64,000 nucleotides of DNA from Eledone cirrhosa (Eukaryota): positions 21,638,001-21,702,000 of the forward strand of contig OZ024757.1 in NCBI GenBank assembly GCA_964016885.1, read 5' to 3'. The translations under genes were made by a program, and so were the position numbers. Below the pieces are notes generated by a model. It saw nothing but the letters and a program-made list of their open reading frames with translations. It made no database searches and was not told the DNA's origin. Shown piece by piece: positions 28,085-42,415 of this stretch; the stretch's first letter is position 1; each line of letters opens with the position of its first letter.

Positions 28085-28550
28085 TACACATACACACAAG
28101 TACACAGGGTGATACACAGCCACACACATACACACATACACATACAGATACAGACACACAGAAATACACAGCCACACACACAGATACAGACACACATACA
28201 CACAAGTACACAGGGTGATACACAGCCACACACACACACAGATACTGACACACAGAAATACACAGCCACACACACAGATACAGACACACATACACACAAG
28301 TACACAGGGTGATACACAGCCACACACACACACATACACACATACAGATACAGACACACATACACACAAGTACGCACGGTGATACACAGCCACACACACA
28401 CACATACATACACATACAGACACACAGAAATACACAGCCACACACACAGATACAGACACACAAGTACACACAGAAATACACAGCCACACACACACACACA
28501 CAGAAATACACAGCCACACACACACACACACAGAAATACACACACACACA
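28085..28550. repeat. CA-rich minisatellite
   Basis: Recurrent acacaagtacacagggtgatacacagcc. Confidence 0.85.
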
Positions 28551-28604
28551 AGACCCACTGCCAAATCTATTCAGTGTGTCCATATACAATGGCAATAAAC
28601 AGCA

Positions 28605-29877
28605 GTGGTGGTGGTGGTAGTAGTGGTGCGGCGGTGGTGGTGGTGGTGGCGGTAGTGGTGGTGGTGATAGTGGTGGTTATGGTGAGGGTGGTGGTGATGG
28701 TGGTAGTGGTGGTAGTAGTAGTAGTGGTGGTGGTGATAGTGGTGGTGGTGATAGTGGTGGTGGTGGTGGTGATAGTGGTGGTGGTAATAGTGGTGGTGAG
28801 GGTGGTGGTGGTGGTGGTGGTAAGGGTGATGGTGGTGGTGGTGGTGATGGTGGTGGTGGTGGTGGTGGTGATAGTGGTGGTGGTGTTGGTGGTAGTAGTG
28901 GTGGTGGTGGTGTTGTGATGGCAGTGATAGTGGTGGTGATAGTGGTGGTGGTGGTGGTGGTGTTAGTGGTGGTGATAGTGGTAGTGGTGATAGTGGTGGT
29001 GGTGGTGGTGGTGGTGGTCATGGTGGTGGTGGTGGTGATTGTGGTGGTGATAGTGGTGGTGGTGGTGGTGATGGTGATAGTGGTGGTGGTGGTGGTGATG
29101 GTGATGGTGATAGTGGTGGTGGTGGTGGTGGTGGTGGTGGTGGTGGTGGTGGTCATGGTGGTGGTGGTGGTGATTGTGGTGGTGATAGTGATGGTGGTGG
29201 TGGTGATGGTGATGGTGATAGTGGTGGTGGTGGTGGTGATGGTGATGGTGATAGTGGTGGTGGTGGTGGTGATAGTGGTGGTGGTGGTGGTGATAGTGGT
29301 GGTGGTGGTGGTGGTGGTGGTCATGGTGGTGGTGGTGGTGATTGTGGTGGTGATAGTGGTGGTGGTGGTGGTGATGGTGATGGTGATAGTGGTGGTGGTG
29401 GTGGTGATAGTGGTGGTGGTGGTGGTGATAGTGGTGGTGAGTGGTGGTGGTGGTGGTGGTGGTGGTGATGGTGGTGGTGGTGGTGATAGTGGTGGTGGTG
29501 GTGATAGTGGTGGTGTTGGTGTTTAATGTGGGTTATGATGGTGATGGTAGTGGAGGTGGTGATGTTGGTGTTGGTTATGATGGTGGTGGTGGTGGTGTTG
29601 ATTATGATGGTGATGGTAGTGGTGGTGGTGTTGGTTATGATGGTGGTGGTGGTGTTGGTGTTGATTATGATGGTGATGGTAGTGGTGGTGGTGGTGCTGG
29701 TTATGATGGTGGTGGTGTTGGTGTTGATTATGATGGTGGTGGCGTTGGTGTTGGTTATGATGGTGGTGGTGTTGATTATGATGGTGGTGGTGGTGATGGT
29801 GGTTGTGGTGATGATGGTGGTGGTGGTGGTGGTTGTGTAGGTGGTGGTGTTGGTGGTGTTGTGCTAGTGGTGGTGTA
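28605..29877. repeat. (GGT/GAT)n field
   Basis: Direct inspection. Confidence 0.95.
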
Positions 29878-30999
29878 GATATGACACCCTCCCTAACATT
29901 GGTTATCTGATAGATAGACACCCTCCCTAGCATTGGTTATCTGATAAACACACCCAGTAAGCTGTGTAATGTAGTTGGTGGTAGGAAGGTCATCCATCTG
30001 TGGTAAGGGTGTCACAGATAGGGTGAGGAGTTGAAAGACATAACACCCTCCTCCCCAGTGCTGGTACCGTATCATGATATTCCTGTAGCTATTAATTAGA
30101 AGAAACATTTTATCAGGTTGGTTTGACAATATTTTGACTTTCCCCCATCATCAAACACTCAGTCCTCCTTCGCTCCCACCTCCAGCAAGGCCTCCACCAC
30201 CACCACCACTTCTGCTCCCACTACCATCTCCACCATCATTACCATCACACTGCTGCTGCCCCACCACAACCAACCAACCAACACCAACACCAATCACAAC
30301 CACCACCACCACAAACACCCCCCACCACCAACAACACACCCTACCACCACCAATCACAACCACCACCATCACCACTGCTACCATCATCATCACCACCACC
30401 ACCACCATTACCACCACCAATCACCCCCCCCCCCCCCGCACCACCACTACCGTCAATAACACCACCACCACCACCATCATTACTACCATCACAATCACCA
30501 CCACCACTGCCACCCCCTACACTACCAATACCACCACCACCACCACCACTACTGACATTATCATCACCACCCCCACCACCACTACCATCAATAACACCAC
30601 CAACACCACCACCACCACCACCACCGCCACCCACTGCCACCATCAGCATCTGAAGAGGGACATTTTCAAAGGAAGACCTGACTTAGCCATAATTACACTG
30701 TCCCACCTAGTTAGTAATTTAGTGGCAGATAAATAACAAGATAGCTTAAATATTTAGACTACAAGCCCCACTCCAGGGGGAGTATGGAGGGGCCCTAGCC
30801 ACACCTACTAGAATTACAAGATGCTTTTTAAGGAGGTTTTAAAACTCCTATATTACATATATTTTATGTGACAGGTGCCATCTTTTGGTTCAGCTATTTT
30901 AGTGTTTTATTGTTGTTTTAGTTATTATGTAGGCTTGCTGAATGAGGAAGTCTTAACAAGTAATAAATATATATGTGTGTATATATATATATATATATT

Positions 31000-31295
31000 G
31001 CAATAGCCTGGGGTTCAAGGGCCCTCAACTCTTCAACAAGCTGCCGAGGGATCTGAGAGATCTGCATGGTGTGGATGTGGATGTTTTCAAGAAACATCTC
31101 GGACACCTTGCTATCCAGGATCACGGATGAGCCCACAGCAAGGCACGAGGGAAACCTAAGGGCCGCAGCAATGAACTCCCTCTTGCACCAGTGGCCAACC
31201 AATACAGGCTGGAGATAAAATGTGTAGGAACAAGGGCAGTGCCCTAGCATGGCCTCAGCCGGATGGCTGGAACAGGTAAAAGAGTAAAAAAGAGT
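31000..31295 (+). mobile_element. CR1/L2-group LINE 3' fragment
   Basis: GPQLFNKLPRDLRDLHGVDVDVFKKHL...ITDEP peptide on + strand. Confidence 0.65.
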
Positions 31296-31380
31296 GAAAT
31301 ATATACTGAGTTAGAAACTCAAAATAGTCTCTTACAATTAAATAGCTCTAAGAAAAAAGCTTTTCCGAGCCGTGTAATAT

Positions 31381-31569
31381 AATTGAATATACAATAGAGA
31401 TGAACACTAATATATATATACATGTGTCCGAATTGTAAGGGACCACCTTTGCTAGGGTGAAAAATACTAACTATTGCTGTAGTTTGTATTGTTTCACCCT
31501 AGCAAACCTGGTCCTTTACAATTCGGACACATCTATGTTTATATGAGTGTTTATCTCTCTTGTATATTC

Positions 31570-31573
<4 letters not shown>
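31381..31573. mobile_element. Hairpin MITE-like element
   Basis: tgtgtccgaattgtaagggacca...ttgctagggtgaaa / tttcaccctagcaaa...tggtcctttacaattcggacaca with inverted flanks. Confidence 0.65.
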
Positions 31574-31631
<58 letters not shown>

Positions 31632-31676
31632 AAGTTAAATAAAAAGTCAAATGTTTAAAATTTAGCTTCGTTTATT

Positions 31677-31731
31677 ACTGCTATATATATTTCAGTGACA
31701 GCCATCTTTGGCTATGACCTCTTCAGGCAGT
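31677..31731 (-). ncRNA. Type I hammerhead ribozyme (left arm of inverted duplication)
   Basis: Reverse complement of 31922-31976 with one substitution. Confidence 0.8.
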
Positions 31732-31921
31732 TTGAATTAGTGTGGTATAGACAAGTATATATGTTGTTGAGGTGTATAATTTTGTCAATACTCTGATATG
31801 CCCGGTTCCTGGTTGGGTTGTTATTTCACTGAGAACCCAACCAGGAACTGGGCATATCAGAGTATTGACAAAATTATGCACCTCAACAACATATGTACTT
31901 GTCTATACCACACTAATTCAA

Positions 31922-31976
31922 ACTGCCTGAAGAGGTCACAGCCAAAGATGGCTGTCACTGAAATATATATAGCAGT
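31922..31976 (+). ncRNA. Type I hammerhead ribozyme
   Basis: actgc CTGAAGA ggtcacagcca-aaga-tggctgtcact GAAA tatata TA gcagt. Confidence 0.85.
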
Positions 31977-32125
31977 AATAAACGAAGCTAAATTTTAAAC
32001 ATTTGACTTTTTATTTAACTTTATTTTACATTACTCCGGAGTAACCAAACCAACCTGCGCACTTCGTCGAGTGCTCCAGCCTGCATACTGAGGTGTTGGT
32101 ATACAACCAACATATACTCAAAATC

Positions 32126-32159
<34 letters not shown>

Positions 32160-32924
32160 ATATGTGTGTGTGTGTTAGGAAGGGCATCCAGCCATAGAAA
32201 ACCTGCCAGACAGTCCTATGCGAGCAAAACAACCACTCTTGCCTCAAGTGGGAAAACTCCCGTCCAAACCCATGCAAGCGGGGAATATGGACGTTAAACG
32301 ATGATGATGACGATGATGATGATATATATATATGTGTATGTGTGTGTGTGTGTTATATATATAAATATGTATGTGTGTGTTTATATATATATATCTATGT
32401 GTGTGTTTATATATATATATGTGTGTGTGGTGTGTGCATTTATTATTATATGTATGTGTGTGTGTTTTTATATATATATATATGTGTGTGTAAGTTTATA
32501 TATTTATATATATGTGAGTTTATATATATATATATATATATGTGTGGGTCTGTGTGTTTATATATATATATATATATGTATGTATGTGTCTGTGTGCATA
32601 TATGTGTGTGTGTGAGTGAGTGTGAGTGGTGGGAGCAGTGGTGGGGATGGGTGGAGAGGAGTTAGGGGTGATGGAGAAGAGAATGATAACAAAATGGAAG
32701 AGGGATGTTGATAATGAACACCCCCTCCCCCCCCATATATATATACACACACACGCACACATATACACACATCATCATCATCATTTTACATCCGCTTTTC
32801 CCTGGACCATAACGCACCAGAGTACTTGATACTATGGGTAGTAGAGTGATATATATATATATATATATACATATATATACATACATACATACATACATAC
32901 ATACATAGATACATACATACACTT

Positions 32925-33371
32925 CGGAAAACAAAATTAACAACAAACGAGGAAGAATATATTGAGACAGATGGCACTAAGGAATACTGGTGTAACCTGA
33001 AAATAAAAACTGCCACCAAATTAAAGCACAACCGGCCTGATATTGTTGTTTGGGACCACACATTGTAAACGTGCTCTGTTGTGAAGATCAGCTGCCCACT
33101 TGATGTAAACGTTGTCAGAAAAATACAGGAGAGGGAGGACATCTACGGACCATTGATGAGGAGTTTACAAATCCAGTATCCAAGATACACATTTAGCTTC
33201 ATACCCATCATTATTGGAGCTACGGGTTATATACCAACCCGCTTGGACCAAAGTATGACTGAACTTGGATTTGCGGACAAAGAGCGCAGCTCCCTAATTC
33301 ATAGTCTACAAATGGCTGCGATAGCTGGCACCTTCAAAATTTGCAAAACATTCTTGCGATTCAAGGGATGA
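32925..33371 (+). pseudogene. R4/Dong-like non-LTR retrotransposon, RLE domain fragment
   Basis: KHNRPDIVVW, ISCPLD, IPIIIGATG motifs; in-frame stop. Confidence 0.75.
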
Positions 33372-33472
33372 CAATTTCTTTTCTTTTACAACCTTGCCAC
33401 CAGGAAGGTGGCCAGTCAAAAAAATATACTCGAAATTAAGAGAAAGAGATAACATACATACATATATATATA

Positions 33473-33845
33473 TCATCATCACCGTTTTACATCCGTTCTT
33501 CCACGCTAGCATGGGTTAGACGGGTTGTCCTGTTGTGGGCAGTGTCCGGTCGGCTGACCATGTCTTGCTCATACGGAAACTGATTCTGGCTTGATTTCTA
33601 CAGCTGGATGCCCTTCCTAACACCAACCAGTGAGTGCTGGGTGCTTTTTTTTTCCGTGGCACCTACACGTCCACTTTGCAGTGGAATGATATGGACCCCA
33701 GTCCTATCATCTCATTTCTACAGCTGAGTAAACTGGAGCAATGTGAAATAAAGTGTCTTACTCAAGGAAACAACACATCACCCGAGAATTGAACTCACAA
33801 CCTTTCGATTGCAAGCCCAATGCTCTAACCACTAAGCCATGTGCC
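33473..33845 (-). mobile_element. tRNA-derived SINE with RTE-type tail
   Basis: Family homology. Confidence 0.8.
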
Positions 33846-34391
33846 TATATATGACAAATAAGTGTACGTTTTGTTTGGTGTTTATTCCTCCAAGTCTTAT
33901 ATTCTAGTTTAGTGTCAGTTAGTTTACAAGGATTCCACAGAGAATCACTAACAAGACATGTGCCAGTAAGGGGTGGGGTGTTCTTGTGGACCCTACAATT
34001 GCTAAAAAATCAGATTCCTGAAACCACTTTAGCAAGATATTCTTAAGAAGTACAAAATAACACTATGACTGATATCACACTAATAATTAAAGTCTTTACA
34101 ATAATTCTAAAATGTCCACTACATGAAACCACACTAGCAAGGCATTCTTGAAAAGTACAAAACAGTACATTGTAATAAAAAATTGAAGTCTTTATTCTAA
34201 TACTGCACGTTTTCACAACAATCTGTCCACTAGAAAAGATACTATAAACATGTAGTAAAATTTCAAAACCTCATTAATATGAAATTCTTACAAATTACAA
34301 AACAACACTAGACATTGGTCAACCTGAACCTGATGCAAAGTGAGAAATAGTGGCCCTGAAACGAGAGTCAAATTGTTGTCAAGTGAACCCA

Positions 34392-34609
34392 TTAACCCTT
34401 TAGCATTCACATTATTCTATAAATGCTATTATATTTTCATGGTAAAGGCTTTACCTCACATAATTATCTCCCATAATATCGAATCTATGAGATTTTGAAA
34501 GTATTTATTTTGAGAACAATACCTTAACATCAGTTTGAGTGACCAGTTACAGCCAGTTTCAACAGAAAGAGGTTGAGAATTCTGGCCGGTTTGAACATTA
34601 AAGGGTTAA
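34392..34609. mobile_element. piggyBac-type MITE (monomer)
   Basis: TTAACCCTTTAG...TAAAGGGTTAA. Confidence 0.75.
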
Positions 34610-34780
34610 AACTTTCACATTCACATTACTCTATATTTACTTTTGTATATTCACAGAAAACGCTTTATCTCACATTATATCGAATCTATGAGATTTTGAT
34701 ATTTATTTTGAGAACAATACCTCAATGTTGGTATGAGCAGCTCCTTATGACCAATTGGAACAGAAAGAGGGGAGAGAGTT

Positions 34781-35470
34781 CATCATCATCGTTTAACGTC
34801 CATGTTCCACGCTTGCATGGGTTTGGACGGGAGTTTTCCCACTTGAGGCAAGAGTGATTGTCTTGCTCGCATAGGACTGTCTGGCTGGTTTTCTACAGTT
34901 GGATGCCCTTCCTAACACCAACCACATTTACAGTGTGGGACTGGGAGGTTTTTACCGTGTTGCCTACACGGTCACATTACAGCGTGGACTGTCTGGTGGG
35001 TTTTCTACAGCTGGATGCCCTTCCTAACACCAACCACATTTACAGTGTGGGACTGGGAGGTTTTTACCGTGTTGCCTACATGGCCACATTACAGCGTGGA
35101 CTGTGTGTTTCTTGTCGTGACACCTACACGATCTCATTTGTTTCGGTCTGGATTTTGTGGCACCAACATAACTTTACATTGAAAGGGGCGGTGTGGATAG
35201 GTTGGGGGTGGTGGGACGGGGTGTATTTTGTTAGAGATGCCTACTGACTGTAGTAGGTTTTACTTTGTATTTAGGTAAGGCGGGTCTTCTCTATTACTGA
35301 GTACCGCCAAAGGTCTCGGTCCAGTGACATTGTCTTGGAGAGGTGTAAGTGTCGTCTTTCATGCGCATCACGTGACCATACCAACGTAGCCTTCTCTCGA
35401 GTAAACAACATCTGATCCCTCTTATTTCTAATTTTTTCCTTAGTTCGTTTATGCTTTGCCGTTCGCGTAT
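34781..35470 (-). mobile_element. RTE LINE family 2, 3' fragment with internal deletion
   Basis: ERRLRWYGHVMRM joined directly to LSKTMSLDRDLWR; 3' UTR homologous to 21349-21886. Confidence 0.75.
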
Positions 35471-35741
35471 ATTAGTTCTGGCCAGATATGGCCGGTTTAA
35501 ATGTTAAAGGGTTAACCACTGAGCTATGCCTATATGTGTGTGTGTGTCAATGCAACAACTGCTAGATGCACTTAGGACAAGCATATGGCTATTGCAACTC
35601 ATAATGCACTATTTTCCAATTTCTAGGAACCTTAATCAGACCAGGTGAGTTTTTTTACCTGGTGGTATTTGTCGTTGTTCTGGTTATATACTATGGCTAC
35701 ATAGACCTGGTCGATATATTCATGGTGTCACCCTTATATAT

Positions 35742-35918
35742 TGTACCCCTGGCAGTGGAGACTTCTGGTGTCCTCGGCCCTAGGGCTACCTCCCTACTCC
35801 CCACCATAGGCGTTGAGCTGGCCAGCCGCAGGTGTGAACCCCGCGAGCTGGAGTGGCTTTTCCAGCGCGTCTCCCTTGCCGTCCTCCATGGGAACGCCTT
35901 CTCCATCCTGTCCGCTGG
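35742..35918 (+). pseudogene. CRE-like RLE domain fragment
   Basis: VPLAVETSGVLGP...EWLFQRVSLAVLHGNA. Confidence 0.75.
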
Positions 35919-36128
35919 GGCTGTGGGGGTGGGGGTGGGGGGCCATCGCGTAACATTCCATATTTAGGTATCTGTGTTCTCACATGTAGATGCACATCCT
36001 TTACCATAGTGTTGTGTCCCTAAACAAAGTTTATTTCCTTTAAGAGTTACAATGTAATTTGTCTGCAGTATGTATACCATGAGATATGATTAAAATGTAG
36101 ACATTGTGATGTTTCACAGACCACACAT

Positions 36129-36850
36129 TTAACCCTTTAATGTTCAAACCGGCCAGAATTCTCTACCTCTTTCTGTTGAAACTGGCTGTAACTGGTCACT
36201 CAAACTGATGTTAAGGTATTGTTCTCAAAATAAATACTTTCAAAATCTGATAGATTCGATATTATGTGAGATAATTATGTGAGGTAAAGCCTTTACCATG
36301 AAAATATAATAGTATATATAGAGTAATGTGAATGGTATGTGAGATAATTATGTGAGGTAAAGCCTTTACCATGAAAATATAATAGTATATATAGAGTAAT
36401 GTAAATGTTATGTGAGGTATTATGTGAGGTAAAGCCTTTACCATGAAAATATAATAGTATATATAGAGTAATGTAAATGTTATGTGAGGTATTATGTGAG
36501 GTAAAGCCTTTACCATCAAAATATAATAGTATATATAGAGTAATGTAAATGTTATGTGAAATATTATGTGAGGTAAAGCCTTTACCATCAAAATATAATA
36601 GTATATATAGAGTAATGTAAATGTTATGTGAAATATTATGTGAGGTAAAGCGTTTACCATCAAAATATAATAGTAGATATAGAGTAATGTAAATGTTATG
36701 TGAGGTATTATGTGAGGTAAAGCCTTTACCATGAAAATATAATAGTATATATAGAGTAATGTGAATGTTATGCGAGATATTATGTGAAGTAAAGCCCTTA
36801 CTGAGAAAATACAATAGTATATATAGAGTAATGTGAATGCTAAAGGGTTA
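36129..36850. mobile_element. piggyBac-type MITE with ~8x 72-bp internal array
   Basis: TTAACCC...GGGTTAA termini; opposite orientation to the 34392 copy. Confidence 0.75.
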
Positions 36851-37522
36851 AGAGACTGAAATCCTTACTAATGTATCTTTATGTTAACTCTGGTCAAGAT
36901 TCCCACCATTGAATATTTTGTGACTGCCTCAAATAATTTGATTGTTATCTGCCATATTGCAGCTGTTTCTCTCACTGGTGGTATTAAACCCCCTATAATT
37001 GAACACATATCTCTGTGTGTACTTCTCTCTAGATGCTGATTTATAAAGAGCCCCGAATCTATTCCTTGAGCTCATTAAATTATAGGGTAGGGGATGATTG
37101 TGGGTCTTTAACTCCACTTTTTAATTTTATATAAATATATATATATATATCATCATCATCATCGTTTAACGTCTATCTTCCACGCTAGCATGGGTTTAGA
37201 CGGGAATCGTCCCACTTGAGGCAAGATTGGTCGTCTCGCTCGGAGAAGACTGTCTGGCAGGTTTTCTACGGCTGGATGCCCTTCCTAACACCAACGACGT
37301 TTACAGTATGGACTGGGAGGTTTTTACTGTGTTACTTACACGGCATATATATATATATATATATATTGGTAAAAGGAAAAGAAAATGCTGACAAATTGTT
37401 CCCAGTGAAAAATAGTTTAATTAGGAATAAGTAAAAATTAGTAATAAGTATTGGTTAGTATTCAGTTTTGGTTTTAAGTTTTTACCGGTTGCGCATTTCT
37501 AATGCTTTTCAAAAATAATTTT

Positions 37523-37586
37523 GAGAGAGAGCGTCCGTGATGTTTGCTCTAATCAGATTAGAGCAAACATCACGGGCGCTCTCTCT
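37523..37586. repeat. Near-perfect palindrome at the end of a (TA)n-inserted element
   Basis: agagagagcgtccgtgatgtttgctctaatc-a-gattagagcaaacatcacgggcgctctctct; element homologous to 21890-22055. Confidence 0.8.
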
Positions 37587-37647
37587 TTACCAATATATTA
37601 CAACTCGTGTGTTACACCTCTATTTTTTTATATATATATTATATATA

Positions 37648-37679
<32 letters not shown>

Positions 37680-37876
37680 CCAGATGTAGCTGATGGCTGA
37701 GAGAAAAGAATAGTTATGACCCTGCGAAAAGCTGATGAAAGACCAGAGTAACAGGACTCATTATTTAGCTTTAATAAAATGAATATCTCTATATATATAT
37801 GTGTGTGTTTATATACAATGTATATATTTTATATAGGGCCACCATATATGTATATACGGGTGTATTTGTATTAATT

Positions 37877-37948
<72 letters not shown>

Positions 37949-38883
37949 ATATATAAAATGTGCATATTTTATATAGGGCCAGCATATATGTATATACGGG
38001 TGTATTTGTATTATATATACATACTTACACACATGCATACATATATGTCGTTCAAAATTTAAATAATGCAAACAACAGTAAATTTAATAATTTTGTGGTA
38101 TTCTGCTCGTTGCGTCAGTGCAACACAATTGCTGAATGTATAAAGTAATACTGCAGCGAGAAATAACGGAAAAGGAGGCCCCTCCTATCCTACCAGTCTC
38201 CCTACCGCCTCAGAACAACAACAAACAACAACAAACTCTATGTTACCTTTTCTTTGCAGCTTTAATTAATCATTCTACGAGCTGTTATTAAATCTTTTTC
38301 GCGCATGCATACAAAATATATAAATAAAAATACACAAATAACAAACAAAAACAGTGCACACAAGTGCATACACAGCAGTTTATATAGTTTTCCCCATACC
38401 TGATGCACATATATGCACCACCAATATTTAATATATAGTTGCAAGTGCATATATATATATGTGCATGTTTAAAAAATATAAATAAAAATAAAAGGTGCAC
38501 ATATGCGCATTCACAGAGGTTCATATAGTTTTGTACATATGGTATCTGATGCACATATATGCACCACCAATATTCAATATTCAGTTGGAAGCATATATAA
38601 ACATGATAAGCCTGCAATACATTGCATATACACACACGTGTAATATATAGCATGTCAAATAAAGATACTTGTATACATACATGATTATAGTAATGTACAA
38701 CCACTATACAAACACTCAGACACACATACACACACATATACACATACACACACACATATACACATGCACACATGTATATATATAAATATATATACATTCA
38801 CATACATGTGTATATATATAAATATATACACATTCACATACATGTGTATATATATAAATATATACACATGCACACACACACAC

Positions 38884-39224
38884 ATCATCATCAACATCAT
38901 CATTTTACGTCCGCTTTTCCCTGCTTGCAAGGGTGGGACGGGAACTGATTCTGGCTTGATTTCTACAGCTGGATGCCCTTCCTAACACCAACCTCATTTA
39001 CAGTGTGGGCTGGGTGCTTTTTTGCCGTGGCACCTACACGTCTGCTTTACAGTGGAATGATAGGGACCCCAGTCCCTATCATCTCATTTCTACAGCTGAG
39101 TAAACTGGAGCAATGTGAAATAAAGTGTCTTGCTCAAGGAAACAACACATCACCCGGTCTGAGAATTGAACTCACAACCTTTCGATTGCAAGGCCAATGC
39201 TCTAACCACTAAGCCATGTGCCTC
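38884..39224 (-). mobile_element. tRNA-derived SINE with RTE-type tail, full length
   Basis: Family homology. Confidence 0.85.
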
Positions 39225-40939
39225 CATATATATATAAATATATACACATAAATATGTATCATCATCATCATCGTTTTACGCCCGTTCTCCCATGCTAACA
39301 TGGGTTAGACGGGTTGTCCTGTTGTGGGCAGTGTCAAGTCGGCTGACCTTGTCTTGCTCATACAGGAACCGACACTGGCTTGATTTCTACAGCTGGATGT
39401 CCTTGCTAACACCAACCTCATTTACAGTGAGTGCTGGGTGCTTTTTTGCTGTGGCACCTCCACGATCACTTTGCAGTGGAATGATAGGGACCCCAGTCCC
39501 ATCATCTCATTTCTACAGCTGGATGCCCTTCCTAACACCATATCATCATCATCCTCATCATCATTGTTTTTAGGTCTATTTTTCTACACTAGCATGGGTT
39601 GGATGGGTCCTACTCAGCAGAGCATCTCTCACTCACCACGTTCCGCCATCATCTCCTCCCCCCGAGTCTCAGTGGTTTGAGGTCAGCTCATATGTATGTA
39701 TAAATATATATATATACATATATACACATGTACTTGCAGGAACATGTAGTCCTTCACATATGATACAGCAAACCAGCCAGCCAACCCATCATCAGCATCA
39801 TCATTAACCACACCATTATCATCATCACCACCACCACCACCACCATCATCACCACCACCATCACAATCATCATCAACACCACCACCACCACCACCATCAT
39901 CAGCACCATCATCATCATCATCATCAGCATCATCACCACCACTACCATCATCATCATCGTTTTGCTGGCTTGTGTTGCCTTCCTCCCCTTCCAAACACAT
40001 ACACACATGCACCCCCCCCCACACACACATTTATATGAGTGTTTACATCTATACACATATACAATTACTTGTATATATAAAACACACATTAAACTCATTC
40101 ACACATTTTGGCCTAAGCACAAAAACATATACATACATAAATTGCATATATATATATATACACTACACACAATAACACACACATACATACATGAATACAT
40201 ACATACACACACACACACATATATAGAAACACATATAGACACACATACACACACACACATACAGACAAACACCCATACAGACCTACATACATAAACACAC
40301 AGACATACATACACACACACACATACATACACATACAGACACACATACATACATACATACATACATACATACATACACATATGTACATATACACATATAT
40401 ATGTATACACACTAGAGCAATGTAGTTGAAATATATAGTAGAGTGTTTGTGCTTGAGGGCTGATTACTGAAATATTGCCCCATCTAAAGGTTTGTTTAAC
40501 TGGGCCAAACTTTAACATTATTCTCACCAATTCTCTACGGAACCAATCATTTTCATTTAATGACTTTATTTCACATTTTTACACATTTTTATTTTATGAG
40601 AAAAATATATTTTTCTTATTTAGTTTCTTATTTTTATTTTATTTTACAATATATTTTTGTTGTTCTGCATCATGTCAGCCTCATATTTTAGCCTAAAGAC
40701 TCGTATTTATTGGTGTACAGTGATTTAAAGTGAGTAGAACAGCCAGTAAAATGTTGGAGGAGTGGATAAGAGAGAGTCATTAGGTTCTAGTGGTATTTTA
40801 CATGGTTTCAGAGAGGTGGATTGGTAGAATTGGTAGAATTGGTAGAGCATTGATGTCATTGCATGTGGTATTTGTTGTGGATCTTTACATTGTAAGTTCA
40901 AATCCTGTTGAGGCTATCTTTACCTTCCATCCTTCCAAG

Positions 40940-41316
40940 GTCCTGGCCCTCTCAGACACGCCCTCTGTAGTACATACAACATCCCTCACTAGCTATGCTG
41001 TTGACACAAAGGTAGCACAGGCAATCAGAAACCCGGCTGATACTGCCCTTTTACAACAAGATCTGGATGCCATATACAAATGGGCTGAGGACAACAACAT
41101 GCAGTTTAATGCTGGACAATTTCAAGCCTTACAATACCAACCGGCAAACACAAATGCAGTACAACGCAGCTACACTGGACCAGGAGGGATCGAAATCCCC
41201 ATGTCGAAATCAACACGAGACCTGGCAATAGACATGAGCGATGATGCATCTTTTTCTTCACGCATCATGAAGGTGGCAACAATGTGCAGACAACTCGCTG
41301 GCTGGATCTTGAGGCT
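40940..41316 (+). pseudogene. CR1/L2-group reverse transcriptase fragment
   Basis: YAVDTK (from YADD), LQQDLDAIYKWAEDNNMQFN, RDL motifs. Confidence 0.75.
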
Positions 41317-41439
41317 GGACTTTAAGGTCGATAAAACAAATTAACAGTTGTGCCTAAATTAAAAACAAAATATAATTTACATTCTTTTTAGTGATCTGCC
41401 ATGAGTTTCATTGAAAGTTTGAAGCCATTGCTTGGCTCT

Positions 41440-41656
41440 TGTTGGCCAGGTTTCCTGCCATGTTGAATCTGCAGAGAAACTGCTTCTCTGGTGACCAGAT
41501 GCAAATCATCGAATAGAACATCGAGACATAACCAGCAGGACTCTGTTGGTGAGGGACACTGGCCTCGCTGGATTGGGGTCTGCTCTCTGTGATGAGAGAT
41601 CTGGAAGTCTGGAACAAGCACTTTGTGAATGATTCCCCTTTGATGGAGGGATGACT
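41440..41656 (+). pseudogene. Decayed RTE-X-like LINE C-terminus
   Basis: LLLW.P ... TLLVRDTGL ... VMRD..VW across frameshifts. Confidence 0.45.
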
Positions 41657-41789
41657 TAAGAAGAAGAAGAAAGATGGTGGATTCGGAAAATTTGGTAGAG
41701 TATCAGATAAAATGTCATTGCAGCATTTGTTGTGGCTCTTTACATTCTGCCAACTTTATCTTTCATCCTTTTGAGGTTGATCATCGCCT

Positions 41790-42415
41790 TCATCACCACC
41801 ACATCCATCACCACCACCTCCATCACCTTCACATCCATCACCACCACCTCCATCACCTTCACATCCATCACTACCACCTCCATCACCTCCACATCCATCA
41901 CTACCACCTCCATCACCACCACCTCCATCACCTTCACATCCATCACTACCACCTCCATCACCTTCACATCCATCACCACCACCTCCATCACCACCACCTC
42001 CATCACCACCACCTCCATCACTACCACCTCCATCACCTTCACATCCATCACCTTCACATCCATCACCACCACCTCCATCACCACCACCTCCATCACCACC
42101 ACATCCATCACCTTCACATCCATCACCACCACCTCCATCACCACCACATCCATCACCTTCACATCCATCACCACCACCTCCATCACCTTCACATCCATCA
42201 CCACCACCTCCATCACCTTCACCTCCACCACCACCACATCCATCACCATCACATCCACCACCACCACCTCCATCACCTTCACATCCATCACCACCACCTC
42301 CATCACCACCACCTCCATCACCACCACCTCCATCACCACCACCTCCATCACCATCACCACCACCACCATTGTTCCCATCATCATCATGACCACCCACCAC
42401 CATCACCATCACCAT
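41790..42415. repeat. 15-bp periodic CAT/CAC repeat
   Basis: catcaccaccacctc / catcaccttcacatc units. Confidence 0.9.

Noticed and set aside
37690-37745. CTGATGG...GAAAAGCT and CTGATGA motifs
   Set aside because: No consistent helices found
41388-41656. Possible minus-strand exon with a polypyrimidine acceptor
   Set aside because: Plus strand better explained as a decayed RTE-X-like LINE end with a (gaa)n tail
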